Below are positions 44,670 to 54,350 of a stretch of 64,000 bases of DNA, in pieces; positions within the stretch are counted from its first letter, which is position 1; the number at the start of each line of letters is the position of its first letter. The stretch comes from an uncultured Candidatus Saccharibacteria bacterium (GTDB taxonomy: Bacteria; Patescibacteriota; Saccharimonadia; Saccharimonadales; UBA4665): positions 15,558-79,557 of the forward strand of contig CAVVLM010000006.1 of the NCBI GenBank assembly GCA_963749175.1. The letters are read 5' to 3'. The translations under genes and the position numbers were made by a program. The notes below the pieces were generated by a model that made no database searches, was not told the DNA's origin, and worked only from the letters and a program-made list of their open reading frames with translations.

Positions 44670-44907
44670 CATTCAACTTTCTACCGTCCAGTGGTAACTT
44701 TAAGAAAAACTGGCATAAAATTTATATAATATAGCCACAAAGTAAAGCATCCATGATACAAAATATACCAGATATCGGGATTCGGTATATTTTACCTTAA
44801 TTACCTCAGTTCTAATATGGTCTGAGGGTATAATTTCCGTCAAAAATTATTGACGATAATCACAATAATTTATTTGCTAAAGTTTTAATTATGGAGGCTT
44901 TTTAAGT

Positions 44908-45339
44908 ATGATTAAAATCCCAATCGGTAAGGGTCCAAATACTGGGAAAACTACTTTAATTAACGCTCTACGCGTTAAATATCCTGAGGCTCATATTGTT
45001 GAAGAGCCAGCCGAACCAGTAATCGCCCGCGAGCTGGAAAAAGAAGTTAGTGAGCCGGGTTACCGGGGCATCTTTCCGGTTTCAAATTACCGAGCCTTTT
45101 TACCATTAGTAATAGCTGAATCGCTAGAGCAAGAAGCCGCTATAGCGGCTTCTAAAGAGCTGGTTTTCCAAGATCGTAGTCTAATAGACAATATTGGTTA
45201 CATGACTCTAAATCAATACGAAATTATGATGCCAACGCTGAAGAGATATATAGAGGCAGCACATTATACCATTGCCCTGCTATGCGCGCCGGTTAGTAAT
45301 TATAGCCAAACTGCCATTCGGCATGAAAATGAGCAGTGA
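44908..45339 (+). CDS. P-loop NTPase (AAA_28/NadR-ATPase-like), possibly truncated by an in-frame TGA
   Basis: IGKGPNTGKTTLINAL Walker A. After TGA 45337..45339 the frame stays open for 28 more codons, to TAA 45424..45426. Confidence 0.6.
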   Translation: MIKIPIGKGPNTGKTTLINALRVKYPEAHIVEEPAEPVIARELEKEVSEPGYRGIFPVSNYRAFLPLVIAESLEQEAAIAASKELVFQDRSLIDNIGYMTLNQYEIMMPTLKRYIEAAHYTIALLCAPVSNYSQTAIRHENEQ

Positions 45340-45468
45340 GCCAGAGCTGTTCAACTACATTTAGCAGCTGCTTACAATAGTTCAGAGATTTCGATCGCCG
45401 ATTTGCCAAATGTTGGTTTGGAGTAAAAAATAATTAATAGCTAGTAAGCGCCTCGATTGAAAAATTAT

Positions 45469-45490
45469 AATACATCATGAATGATGTATT
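45469..45490. terminator. bidirectional intrinsic terminator
   Basis: AATACATCA-TGAA-TGATGTATT hairpin, flanked by an A-run upstream and TTTTCCCC downstream, between convergent genes. Confidence 0.55.
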
Positions 45491-45495
45491 TTCCC

Positions 45496-45768
45496 CTAAC
45501 TGGCGATCAGCCATCTGATATGGTCTATTGGTATTTCTGATGACTTATCTGTTTCAACCGAGTACGGCTCACCATATACATTTACGAAATCCCGGGCAAC
45601 ACGATATCTTTCCAAGCCCGTAATGCACACGTCGATAATTTCTAGATGCGTAGCTTCAGCAACATGCTGCCTTTTAAGGATGAAGTGAGCATTGCCGTCA
45701 TCGGCTTCCCAATCATTGCCAGTTTCGGAAGTTAAAGTGTTATCAAATTTTGGTATTTCGAGTATCAT
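45496..45768 (-). CDS. hypothetical acidic protein
   Basis: 90-aa ORF with ATG start. Confidence 0.6.
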   Translation of the reverse strand: MILEIPKFDNTLTSETGNDWEADDGNAHFILKRQHVAEATHLEIIDVCITGLERYRVARDFVNVYGEPYSVETDKSSEIPIDHIRWLIAS

Positions 45769-45883
45769 TTTGATTGTTTTGTCTCTAAAGCTAACCTACT
45801 TAATAGTAATATTACAACTTATGCTTAAACATAGATACCTTTAATAAACCAGAGAGCTGGTAAGTATAGGTACCTGTCTATAT

Positions 45884-46249
45884 TTAATCTAAAAGATAAA
45901 TCTTATAAAAATTGCAGTAACAGCCATTATCCACATTGATATTAACGGAAGTTGAGTCAGATTGATTAACACTGCCACTGTTAGTTGTTCCACTAGTGGT
46001 ATTTCCTGAGTTAGTTACAGTTCCTGCAGTGCCGGTTTGAGTTGAGCTGCTGTTTATATTTATGGAGTTATTATTTGTGCAAGTATTACTCGGAGTAGTT
46101 GCAACAACGGTAATACTGTTACCTACTAGTGCAACTGTATCGCTTTTAAGTAATGCTAGTGCTGTTGGCGCATTGACTGCCACAATTATTAATAAAGATA
46201 TTGAAGTGATGCAACAAGCGCAAATCGATTTCTTGATCTGTTTGGCATA
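45884..46249 (-). CDS. small secreted Thr/Asn/Ser-rich protein, second putative SipW substrate (start unresolved)
   Basis: KQIKKSICACCITSISLLIIVAVNAPTALALLKSDTVALVGNSI parallels the signal/cleavage region of 46811..47383 (GGITFAQLTSNTVALYGNEL). No canonical start in frame; the nearby ATG is out of frame by 1 nt. Confidence 0.4.
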   Translation of the reverse strand, partial: YAKQIKKSICACCITSISLLIIVAVNAPTALALLKSDTVALVGNSITVVATTPSNTCTNNNSININSSSTQTGTAGTVTNSGNTTSGTTNSGSVNQSDSTSVNINVDNGCYCNFYKIYLLD

Positions 46250-46770
46250 AAACTTTCTGTATCTGTTGATAGCGCATGATAAGGTTGAGTTGATCTGAGG
46301 TAATCTTTCAATCTGATAACTTCTTCGGCCATTATTATTAACGCGGCAATGTAGATTATTGGTAATATAATTATTGGTTTCTTGGCATCTAACAGCCAAT
46401 AACCAGCATGAGGTAAGTGCCAAACTATCTTACCTTCTACTAAACCTGCAACTATAGGGCTGTCTGCTACTTTGTTAGCATCTCCCTTTGTTATAAATCC
46501 AGGAATTTTGCCTCCCACCATAATTTTTTTAATTATTCTATGCGAGATAGTTGTTGATGGATGAAGAGGATTTATGTACGTAATGACGTCCCCAACTTCT
46601 AATGACGAAGTAGAGACGCGGTGTACGAACACCAATGTTCCGGGTGGCATCGTAGGGCGCATGCTACCGGTGGGGATACTTAAGGCTTTCCAACCAAACT
46701 TTCCCACACCGAAGAATAGCAGCGCCGTACAACATACCACAAAGCACATCACGGGCAAAACTATTGACAA
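46189..46770 (-). CDS. sipW: signal peptidase I, SipW-like (ER/archaeal type S26B)
   Basis: IPTGSMRPTMPPGTLVFV (catalytic Ser box), GDVITY, SHRIIK (His box), TKGDAN. N- and C-terminal TM helices. Confidence 0.8.
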   Translation of the reverse strand: MSIVLPVMCFVVCCTALLFFGVGKFGWKALSIPTGSMRPTMPPGTLVFVHRVSTSSLEVGDVITYINPLHPSTTISHRIIKKIMVGGKIPGFITKGDANKVADSPIVAGLVEGKIVWHLPHAGYWLLDAKKPIIILPIIYIAALIIMAEEVIRLKDYLRSTQPYHALSTDTESFMPNRSRNRFALVASLQYLY

Positions 46771-46810
46771 TTCTCTGAATCCACAACATAAGTTAGACTT
46801 CTAGTTTATT

Positions 46811-47383
46811 TTAGACCGATGTTCCAGTAAAATCTAAGTCAAATGTTGGAATACTCGCAGGATTTCCGGTAACAGCTCCATCCTGAAGCGTAATTGAATA
46901 TTCGTAATTTCCATTGGTGCCAGGAACGCCACCATTTCCTTGTGCGTTCGGATTTAGTGTGTTCAGGGGTTGACATGCGGACACTAACGCTTGGAATGTC
47001 GGGTTAGCTATTAATGAACCGTTTTCATTATAAAAGTTAACAACAACGTCAGCTAGATTTAAGTTGTTGACAGTTCCAGCATTTGCAATTTGTGCGCAAA
47101 TTGACAAACTTACATTGGCCAAATTCTGTAGATAAAAAGCTTGCTTAGGTCCTTCTTTACCCAAAACAAGGCTGCTATTTGAAAAACCTGAAGCATTATC
47201 GCCAAAAGCACCGCCATTGCTAATTTGTAAAACGTGAGTTGTAGCGTCTAATTCATTACCATATAATGCTACAGTATTAGATGTTAATTGAGCAAAAGTG
47301 ATTCCGCCCACCACTGCGGCTACTGCGCCCATTGTACCTATCGCCCTAACCATTGGGCTAATTTTTCTTAATTTGCTAAACAT
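46811..47383 (-). CDS. TasA/camelysin-like secreted fibre-type protein with SipW-class signal peptide
   Basis: MFSKLRKISPMVRAIGTMGAVAAVVGGITFAQLTSN resembles the SipW-dependent signal (..VGGGT.A.F.D). 190 aa, Asn/Gly/Thr-rich beta-type sequence. Confidence 0.7.
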   Translation of the reverse strand: MFSKLRKISPMVRAIGTMGAVAAVVGGITFAQLTSNTVALYGNELDATTHVLQISNGGAFGDNASGFSNSSLVLGKEGPKQAFYLQNLANVSLSICAQIANAGTVNNLNLADVVVNFYNENGSLIANPTFQALVSACQPLNTLNPNAQGNGGVPGTNGNYEYSITLQDGAVTGNPASIPTFDLDFTGTSV

Positions 47384-47521
47384 ATACTCCCCTCCTATCT
47401 TATTAATTAAAGATGAGTAAAGTTTATGTTAAAAATCAAAACAGTTATGTAATATTTTCAACTGATAACTTCAGCAAACATTCAGCCTTAAAGACTATCA
47501 AAAACTATTATTTGAAATTAA

Positions 47522-47695
47522 CTATAGAACAATATGTAGATTTACTCCCAGAAGGACAAGCGGCCATAGCACAACCGCAAGAAAAGCTGAGAATAAATGC
47601 GATAACGTGCCCAGATCAACAAAATAGTTTCGGTTACTTGCTACAATCGCGCCAATTATAAGATAGATTACTCCGCCGATAGATATTCGATTCAT
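47522..47695 (-). CDS. small membrane protein (57 aa, below ORF-track cutoff)
   Basis: Translation MNRISIGGVIYLIIGAIVASNRNYFVDLGTLSHLFSAFLAVVLWPLVLLGVNLHIVL; two TM helices. It competes with and is preferred over plus-strand ORF 47413..47661. Confidence 0.45.
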   Translation of the reverse strand: MNRISIGGVIYLIIGAIVASNRNYFVDLGTLSHLFSAFLAVVLWPLVLLGVNLHIVL

Positions 47696-47928
47696 AATAT
47701 AATAGTCTTCCCTAATTTACTGATTACTCATATTACTTTTTGCTATATGCATTGTCTGTATGTTTATCAACCTTAAGAAATATTTACTTTTTATAAGTAA
47801 CTATAGCTATAAGGTAATTCGATTGAATGTGGTCCAACCCGTTAATTTGATAATTTAGTCTAAACTTGTTATAATATTTTATCCGTTACGAAACATCTTC
47901 GTAGCTGCGTACTTTGGAGTTGAAAAAC

Positions 47929-48480
47929 ATGAAACTAGATGTTTCATCTTTGCCGAGAGTGGCTTTCTACGGTTCAGGAGACGAAGAAATCGAATTAGCA
48001 ACTATCGTCTTGGAGCTTGGTGACACAATCCTGCTTTGGGAAAGAACCTCAATGATTATAGCCAACGATAGCTTTGGATTTGCTATGGCTAATCCATTTG
48101 TGGATGTGAGCTTGCTCTGGGATGATCCGTATAAGTTCACCTGGTTTACCTCTGGTTGGGGACCTGATGCCGATCGCTACATTGCCAATGCAGTGCGCAA
48201 ATTGCGTGCCGCCTTGCGACTAGGTCGTGACACACTGGACTTACGCATAACCGACCCCAACGCCTTTATCGATATTGTTGACGAACAAGAGCCCGACGGA
48301 TCATTTGAATGGGGTGACTTCCCTTGGGGAGGAGCTACCTTCGTTCGGGTTGGTGACCTCGTACTGCCCAGCGCAGTCAGCTGCCTGAATGAGGTAGAAG
48401 ACGACGTGGTTGCAAAGACCATTAGTGGTCATGTCGGGGCTAAAATGCTCAAATTAAGAGATTCTGCCGAATTCGCGTAG
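47929..48480 (+). CDS. hypothetical protein
   Basis: The ORF track starts at TTG 47914; ATG 47929 follows GGAG. GC-richer than the flanks. Confidence 0.6.
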   Translation: MKLDVSSLPRVAFYGSGDEEIELATIVLELGDTILLWERTSMIIANDSFGFAMANPFVDVSLLWDDPYKFTWFTSGWGPDADRYIANAVRKLRAALRLGRDTLDLRITDPNAFIDIVDEQEPDGSFEWGDFPWGGATFVRVGDLVLPSAVSCLNEVEDDVVAKTISGHVGAKMLKLRDSAEFA

Positions 48481-48752
48481 ATGTTTTCAAATGCAAAGTC
48501 CATTTCTAGGGTAAAGTAGATCTGAGTATGTCTCAGATTGAAGCAGGCCTTGCATCGCCTCCCCTAGAATAACAGGACCCATAAAAACACCCGAATATAG
48601 TTATAAAAGCTATATCCTCACAATTTTAGTGAGTTAGTGTTTATAGGGTCCTTTTTTCTTTGACAAAATTAATGCCAAAATTAACCAACCTTAACCCGTC
48701 AATATATATAAATTAGGTAAATAACTTGTTATGCTTATGCTTGAGATGCAAT

Positions 48753-49106
48753 ATGGCAAAAAATAATATCACACCGCCCCCTGCCAAAAAATTCTATATT
48801 GCTCTATTGTTTATGGTATTTTGGTTCGTATTTCTAGGTAATGTCCAATACTCTCGCTGGGGAGAAAATAATCGTCCAGGCCTTTATAACGTTTTTCTTG
48901 TTATCTTTTATATAAATGCCCTAGTTTTATTAATTTTGGCAACTAAGAACATATATAGATATCTAAAGTATTGGCGGCAAGCTCATAAAAAAACTAGGCA
49001 AGAAATCATTAACTTTATAGTAGCTTTAATCGCCGAAGTGGCTATCATTGGTACTGTCATATTTATGATTGTGCTATATTTTCTGCTCAGGAATGTTTCT
49101 TATTAA
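48753..49106 (+). CDS. membrane protein
   Basis: ATG 48753 (MAKNNITPPP). Three TM helices. Confidence 0.6.
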   Translation: MAKNNITPPPAKKFYIALLFMVFWFVFLGNVQYSRWGENNRPGLYNVFLVIFYINALVLLILATKNIYRYLKYWRQAHKKTRQEIINFIVALIAEVAIIGTVIFMIVLYFLLRNVSY

Positions 49107-49196
49107 TAAAAGTCCAACTTAGATACTTAAATCAAGCACACCATCACCACTACTGACCCTTGACATAAGCGGTAATATATATTACAATGTAGCCTT

Positions 49197-51449
49197 ATGG
49201 ATTCGCCAGAAAATGGCTCAGCAACAGAGTCAAAGAGTAATATTACAGAAATTTTAACTACAGTTCCGGCTGAAGTAATTGATTTTTTTGGCAAGCAGCA
49301 AATTATCGAATTAGAACTATCGGCTAAAACTGCTGAAATTTTATCAGATATTGCTCATTCTAACGACCCTTTTGACGAAAATTCGCCGTCCGGACTTAAG
49401 AACAGTATGTTGTCTACCGAAGCTAGGGCTGCTATTACCGATGCTTTTGACGCATATGAATTAGATATTGCCGACAAAGCTCCAAAAAGTATTAGTCAAA
49501 ATATGCGCCAAGTTGCGCCAATCCTGGCCGCTAGCGCTACAGAACAACATCGTTTAATTCATTTAAATTATCAAACTACGGAAAATGCTTTAAATGAAAT
49601 TAATGACCAAATAAAAAGTATCGACATAACCAATCCCAGACAAGATCTAGTTGACTTAGCGGAACTCTTTAATAAGCTCATGGATGCTGCTGACGGCCTG
49701 ATAGGGCCAACAATAATTGCTGATTATCGTCGGTTGCGAAGCGCGCAAATTGTGGCCAGTAATGCCGACGCCGCTAGCGTGGCGTTTCGTAAAAAACAAT
49801 CGATTCAGCAACGCCTGATAGATATAAAGGTTGAGATCGACAAGGCTTTAAAAGTTGGACCTTCTAGTGCTCATAAAAAAATGAAAGAATACGACTTTTG
49901 GTTGGCTGAAGCTGAAGTCATCGGCATGAAAATAAGTGTCCGCCATCGCCTAGCCCATCCCGCCATGCCATCTCTGAGAGGCTTTCTTGAAGAAACCGAT
50001 AAATTTAAAGATAATTTTACTAAATTACGGAATTACGGCAGTAGTCTACACAACCTGTTAAGCACGTTGGCGGGCCAAACTTCCAGGACCTATATAGCAG
50101 ATTTTTACCAGTATATAATTAATTGTTCGACTCAAATTGATCAATATTCTTCAACTAAAGAATATTGGTCAATGCTGGAGCACGACCATCAAGTTGACCC
50201 CAGGGCATTAGCTGCTGAAGCCTATGTGGCTGACAAAACCGAATTATTGGTTAATTTATCACGGCAGACAAATCTTAAATTTGCAGATAAATCACGTCGC
50301 ACTGTGCATGAACTAAGAGATCGTCGCCTGGAAAGAACCCAAAGAAATATAGGCCGAGCAGCGGTACAACCAAAAAATGAAACTTATGAAAATATTGTAG
50401 TTGATACTGAACTGCGTCGCTTATGCCATGAAGCTCGAGATTTCCTCGTTGGCGGCCAAAGAATTAAGCATAAATCGATTGATATAAGTTCAATTGCCCG
50501 CAAGCTGCATATTTTAAAGCTGGGTCGCAATCAAGACATTATTCTTAATCCGTCTGAATCCGGTATGGTCATAGCGGTAATTGTTGGCAGATTGAATGTC
50601 TTAGCGGATGTGACTAAGAGATTTGAAGCCGCTAGCCAAACCCCAGATCCGCAAATCTTAAAACTAAAACATGATCTACCGGAACAATATCAGATAATCC
50701 AAAGTTTTAATCTGGATCAAGCTTTATCTAAGCTAATGGCGATCGTTAATGATTCCAAAGAAAGTTTAACTTTGTATCAAGCCATCCAAGACAGCCCGCT
50801 TAGCATCGATCAATTGAAAAACATTTTAAATAATCTTTGGCTGAAACGCCAAAACGGTGATGCCCAAATTATAGGCTCAAGCGCAGAAGCTGAACCTGAA
50901 CTAATTTTTGACGAAGAGGCTTTATCAAAATCAGAGCAAATGGATTATGAATTCCTTGAGCCTACCGAAGCCAATCCGCAAATAATTAACCAAGAATTTA
51001 GTGATATTGCCGATCAGCTAGAGTGGGAAGTTTTCCCGCATGGTACGACAATTGTTGATATTCAAAGAACGTTAGAACAACAAGCCGCAAGCCTGGCTAG
51101 AGTTAATTGGGACCGCATTAGGCACCTATTGTTCCTGGCTGAAAACTACAATGGTAAAATATACCGCTCCCGTGATCCTCAACTTGGTACCAGAGTGCCT
51201 TACTTAGTGGTAGACATTGAATTATATGATCAACACCGGATAGCCGTTGCTGAATGTCCGGAAATTGGCAATGCTACCTACATTGTCGATAATTCCCTGG
51301 CCGCCGGTACTTGGGAAGAAGTAATGCGGCTTAGCAAAGCTGATGCCAGAAGCCTTGGTGCGCGCCGGGTAATTCATCCTAAAGAAGAAGGCCATTTAAA
51401 TAAAATTGTTCGACAGATCAACAGTATGCTATTAGTCAATTCAAACTAA
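49197..51449 (+). CDS. large hypothetical protein (750 aa, mostly helical)
   Basis: Long uninterrupted ORF with ATG start; no family recognised. Confidence 0.75.
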   Translation: MDSPENGSATESKSNITEILTTVPAEVIDFFGKQQIIELELSAKTAEILSDIAHSNDPFDENSPSGLKNSMLSTEARAAITDAFDAYELDIADKAPKSISQNMRQVAPILAASATEQHRLIHLNYQTTENALNEINDQIKSIDITNPRQDLVDLAELFNKLMDAADGLIGPTIIADYRRLRSAQIVASNADAASVAFRKKQSIQQRLIDIKVEIDKALKVGPSSAHKKMKEYDFWLAEAEVIGMKISVRHRLAHPAMPSLRGFLEETDKFKDNFTKLRNYGSSLHNLLSTLAGQTSRTYIADFYQYIINCSTQIDQYSSTKEYWSMLEHDHQVDPRALAAEAYVADKTELLVNLSRQTNLKFADKSRRTVHELRDRRLERTQRNIGRAAVQPKNETYENIVVDTELRRLCHEARDFLVGGQRIKHKSIDISSIARKLHILKLGRNQDIILNPSESGMVIAVIVGRLNVLADVTKRFEAASQTPDPQILKLKHDLPEQYQIIQSFNLDQALSKLMAIVNDSKESLTLYQAIQDSPLSIDQLKNILNNLWLKRQNGDAQIIGSSAEAEPELIFDEEALSKSEQMDYEFLEPTEANPQIINQEFSDIADQLEWEVFPHGTTIVDIQRTLEQQAASLARVNWDRIRHLLFLAENYNGKIYRSRDPQLGTRVPYLVVDIELYDQHRIAVAECPEIGNATYIVDNSLAAGTWEEVMRLSKADARSLGARRVIHPKEEGHLNKIVRQINSMLLVNSN

Positions 51450-51613
51450 GACATAAACTGCCGCATTTAATTAATAATATCAAACTATTTCCTTTACTTG
51501 CTTTAATGGGATAGTTGCCCTAAATAGAGCAAGTATACCCAGACAGCAAATATACTTAGCGAAAATTTGTGGCTTGGTAACATTGTTAAGAGATTTAAGC
51601 TGCACTTTTAATC

Positions 51614-52189
51614 TTAGATAAGTGTAACGCGAGCTGGCATAATAATTGTGCTATTTTTAATGCCCTGGCAGCCGTATAGCCAAACAACTACTTCGTACAC
51701 GCCGCTTGGTAAGTTAGAGGTATATGTCGTAGTGCATTTAAATTGTGAGAGCTCTGGTTGATTAGCTGCGTAGTTGCAAGCTTGCGTTATGATTTGGATA
51801 TTAAAGTAATTATTCCCTGGATTCAATTTTATCGTCAATTCGCAGGCTTGTGTTGTCACGATCGGCGTATATACAAATTTACTGTTCTGCAACCCTGCTT
51901 CAGGCCGCTGTCCAGAACAGAACCCTGAATTTAACGGCTTTGCTGTTCGGTTTATTATATTGACTGTACCCGATATAGTACTGCCTGCAGTTACTGTATA
52001 CTTATCTAGATTTAAGCCAACGCTGACAGACCCGTCAACTACCGCTTGCTGGCTCGATGAGCTAGACGTAGTCTTATAATTATCTGTATATATTAACCAT
52101 CCTGCTCCACCTAGTAGAGTTATAACCACTACAATGAGTACAATTTCTATAATTCCAAAGCCAGAGTGATCAGTTTTCAACTTTCCCAT
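51614..52189 (-). CDS. type IV pilin-like protein (prepilin-type N-terminal signal)
   Basis: MGKLKTDHSG|FGIIEIVLIVVVITLLGG: Gly at -1, Glu at +5, hydrophobic helix. C-terminal beta domain with four Cys. Confidence 0.7.
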   Translation of the reverse strand: MGKLKTDHSGFGIIEIVLIVVVITLLGGAGWLIYTDNYKTTSSSSSQQAVVDGSVSVGLNLDKYTVTAGSTISGTVNIINRTAKPLNSGFCSGQRPEAGLQNSKFVYTPIVTTQACELTIKLNPGNNYFNIQIITQACNYAANQPELSQFKCTTTYTSNLPSGVYEVVVWLYGCQGIKNSTIIMPARVTLI

Positions 52190-52464
52190 ATAAAACCAAA
52201 TCTTACTTATTGAGATTAATTAACGGTGCGGCTTGGCGTAATTATAATCAATATTAGCGCTGTCGCTACCTCATCGTAGTATATATTTTAATATTATGCA
52301 CGCATTTATGACGTAAGCATTAGCTTGTAACTAAGTCAATATAATGTCAGATTCTGTTAAAATAGTTATACTTGTCGTGAAGGGATACTTAACTTTCTTG
52401 CTGTGAAGGTATACCTGCCCTAAATAGATCTTGTAATTATAGACTATTATTGTATAGTGATACT

Positions 52465-54336
52465 ATGAATGAGGCTCCACGTAATTCATCTGAAACTAGG
52501 CTTCCGGACCAACCTCTCGAAACCAAAGTTCATTACCTTGACTCGAAAGTTGAATTTGTTAATTTAGCGGCACTTGCTAGGGATTGTTCTGGATTTACTA
52601 AGCCGCTGTCTATCTGCGAAAATAAACTAACTTCTCCAGACGGTACTTTTGATATTTTCACCCGTGTCACGGCGGAATCTACATCGAGAAAAGATGGCCA
52701 AAAAGCTTTAGGTCTAAATGGCCATATAGTTGTTAAGTCTAAGAATGCTAGTCAGTTACACCATGATATCTTTATCAACGACAACAGTGTCTTGTTAAGA
52801 AATTCGTTATGGGGGAGTTATTTAGAGGGTCGTATCAATCACGGCGATGGTCTGATTGGCCGAAAAGGCAACGCCCGAATATTGCCCTACGATGCAATTG
52901 CGGTTGGACTAATTGGAGTGGAAAGTTATGAGGGCCAAAACCACCATCCAATTTATGTTTCAATCAACACTGATGAAATATGGCTAACTAATATGCCGCT
53001 TGAATACGACGTGGTATGGCATAGTTTTAGAAGCTTAGTTGAGCCCGACCCGTTTAGTAAGGTTAAAAATCCGCGTAATGAAGCCCTAACTATTGCCAGG
53101 TTTGCTCAAGCTATGATGCTGCTTCGCGGCTATGCTAATTCATTTGTTCCGGCTCACAAATATAAATCATACCATTTTCCCCTATACTCAATTGAGCGCT
53201 TTATTGCAATGAATCGAAGCAAATTATTAAACTACGTTGATCCAGCCGACACACTGAAACTCAATTACCAATTACCAGAATATAAAGAAGATCCATATGC
53301 AGAAGTTGAAAAATCCCGAGTTCCTGAAGTTGAAAAAGCTCCTCCCACTAAATCAACAGCAATTCCAGTTATTCCACTTCGTTTTCCTGGCTTACACCCC
53401 GAGGATTTACCAAGAAATAAAGCAAAATCGGAGAGTAGCTCTAGTAATCGAAACGATAATAATCAAAGTAGCAATCAATACCGTTCAACTCGAACCGAAG
53501 ACTATATGCCGGATAAAATGGTTGAAGAAGTTTCCCCAAAATATTCTTTCGACGATATAGGCGGGTTAGAGCAAGTTAAAGAAAAACTCAGCGATCTAGC
53601 CTATTTATTTAAAAGACCGGAAGTAGCTAAAGAATATGATGTTGATCCTACCAAAGGAATCTTATTATTCGGTCCGCCAGGTACCGGTAAAACTATGTTG
53701 GCTCATGCCATGGCAAAAGCTACCGGCAGCTCTTTATGGATCGTTGATTCAACAAAAATTCATGACATGTGGATGGGATTATCTTCTAAAAACATGCAAA
53801 AATTGTTTGATCAGATTGGCGATTTCAAAGGACCATTAGTAGTATTATTCGATGAAATTGACGGTATAGTTAGTACTCCCGCACAAATTGTCAGAGGCGC
53901 GGATTTTGATTTTAATCAAGTTGGCAGTGTCTTTAAAACTAATCTATCAACGATCCATGATAAAAAACCCAACTTGATAATCGTCGGCGCAACCAACCAT
54001 AAAGATAAGATTGATGAAGCAGTACTACGGAGCGGCCGCTTTGATACTCAGCTGTACATAGCTGTACCGGATGAAATTGCTCGACGGCAAATTATTGCCG
54101 ATCATCTCTATAATTTAATAAATAGAAGCCCAAGAGTCCAAGACATAGTTGCCGATGATGTTGATGCTACTGAATTAGCGACTGCCGCTGAAGGTTTAAC
54201 CGGTGCCGACTTAACGACAATTTTTAATGAAATAAAAATTCAAAAAGCCATTGAAAAAATTCGACAAGGTAAGGTCTCGCTGATTACTAATCACGATATT
54301 TTAAACGCAATTTATAAATTTAGACGACAAGGTTAA
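52465..54336 (+). CDS. AAA+ ATPase (classical clade) with ~370-aa unknown N-terminal domain
   Basis: GILLFGPPGTGKTMLA (Walker A), VVLFDEIDG (Walker B), GATNHKDKIDEAVLRSGRFD (SRH). Ser/Asn-rich linker. ATG 52465 preferred over TTG 52450. Confidence 0.9.
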   Translation: MNEAPRNSSETRLPDQPLETKVHYLDSKVEFVNLAALARDCSGFTKPLSICENKLTSPDGTFDIFTRVTAESTSRKDGQKALGLNGHIVVKSKNASQLHHDIFINDNSVLLRNSLWGSYLEGRINHGDGLIGRKGNARILPYDAIAVGLIGVESYEGQNHHPIYVSINTDEIWLTNMPLEYDVVWHSFRSLVEPDPFSKVKNPRNEALTIARFAQAMMLLRGYANSFVPAHKYKSYHFPLYSIERFIAMNRSKLLNYVDPADTLKLNYQLPEYKEDPYAEVEKSRVPEVEKAPPTKSTAIPVIPLRFPGLHPEDLPRNKAKSESSSSNRNDNNQSSNQYRSTRTEDYMPDKMVEEVSPKYSFDDIGGLEQVKEKLSDLAYLFKRPEVAKEYDVDPTKGILLFGPPGTGKTMLAHAMAKATGSSLWIVDSTKIHDMWMGLSSKNMQKLFDQIGDFKGPLVVLFDEIDGIVSTPAQIVRGADFDFNQVGSVFKTNLSTIHDKKPNLIIVGATNHKDKIDEAVLRSGRFDTQLYIAVPDEIARRQIIADHLYNLINRSPRVQDIVADDVDATELATAAEGLTGADLTTIFNEIKIQKAIEKIRQGKVSLITNHDILNAIYKFRRQG

Positions 54337-54350
54337 GTGATACGACAGTA

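Noticed and set aside
47413-47661. Plus-strand 82-aa ORF.
   Set aside because: It has no RBS and an implausible composition. It overlaps the better-supported minus-strand 57-aa membrane ORF 47522..47695.
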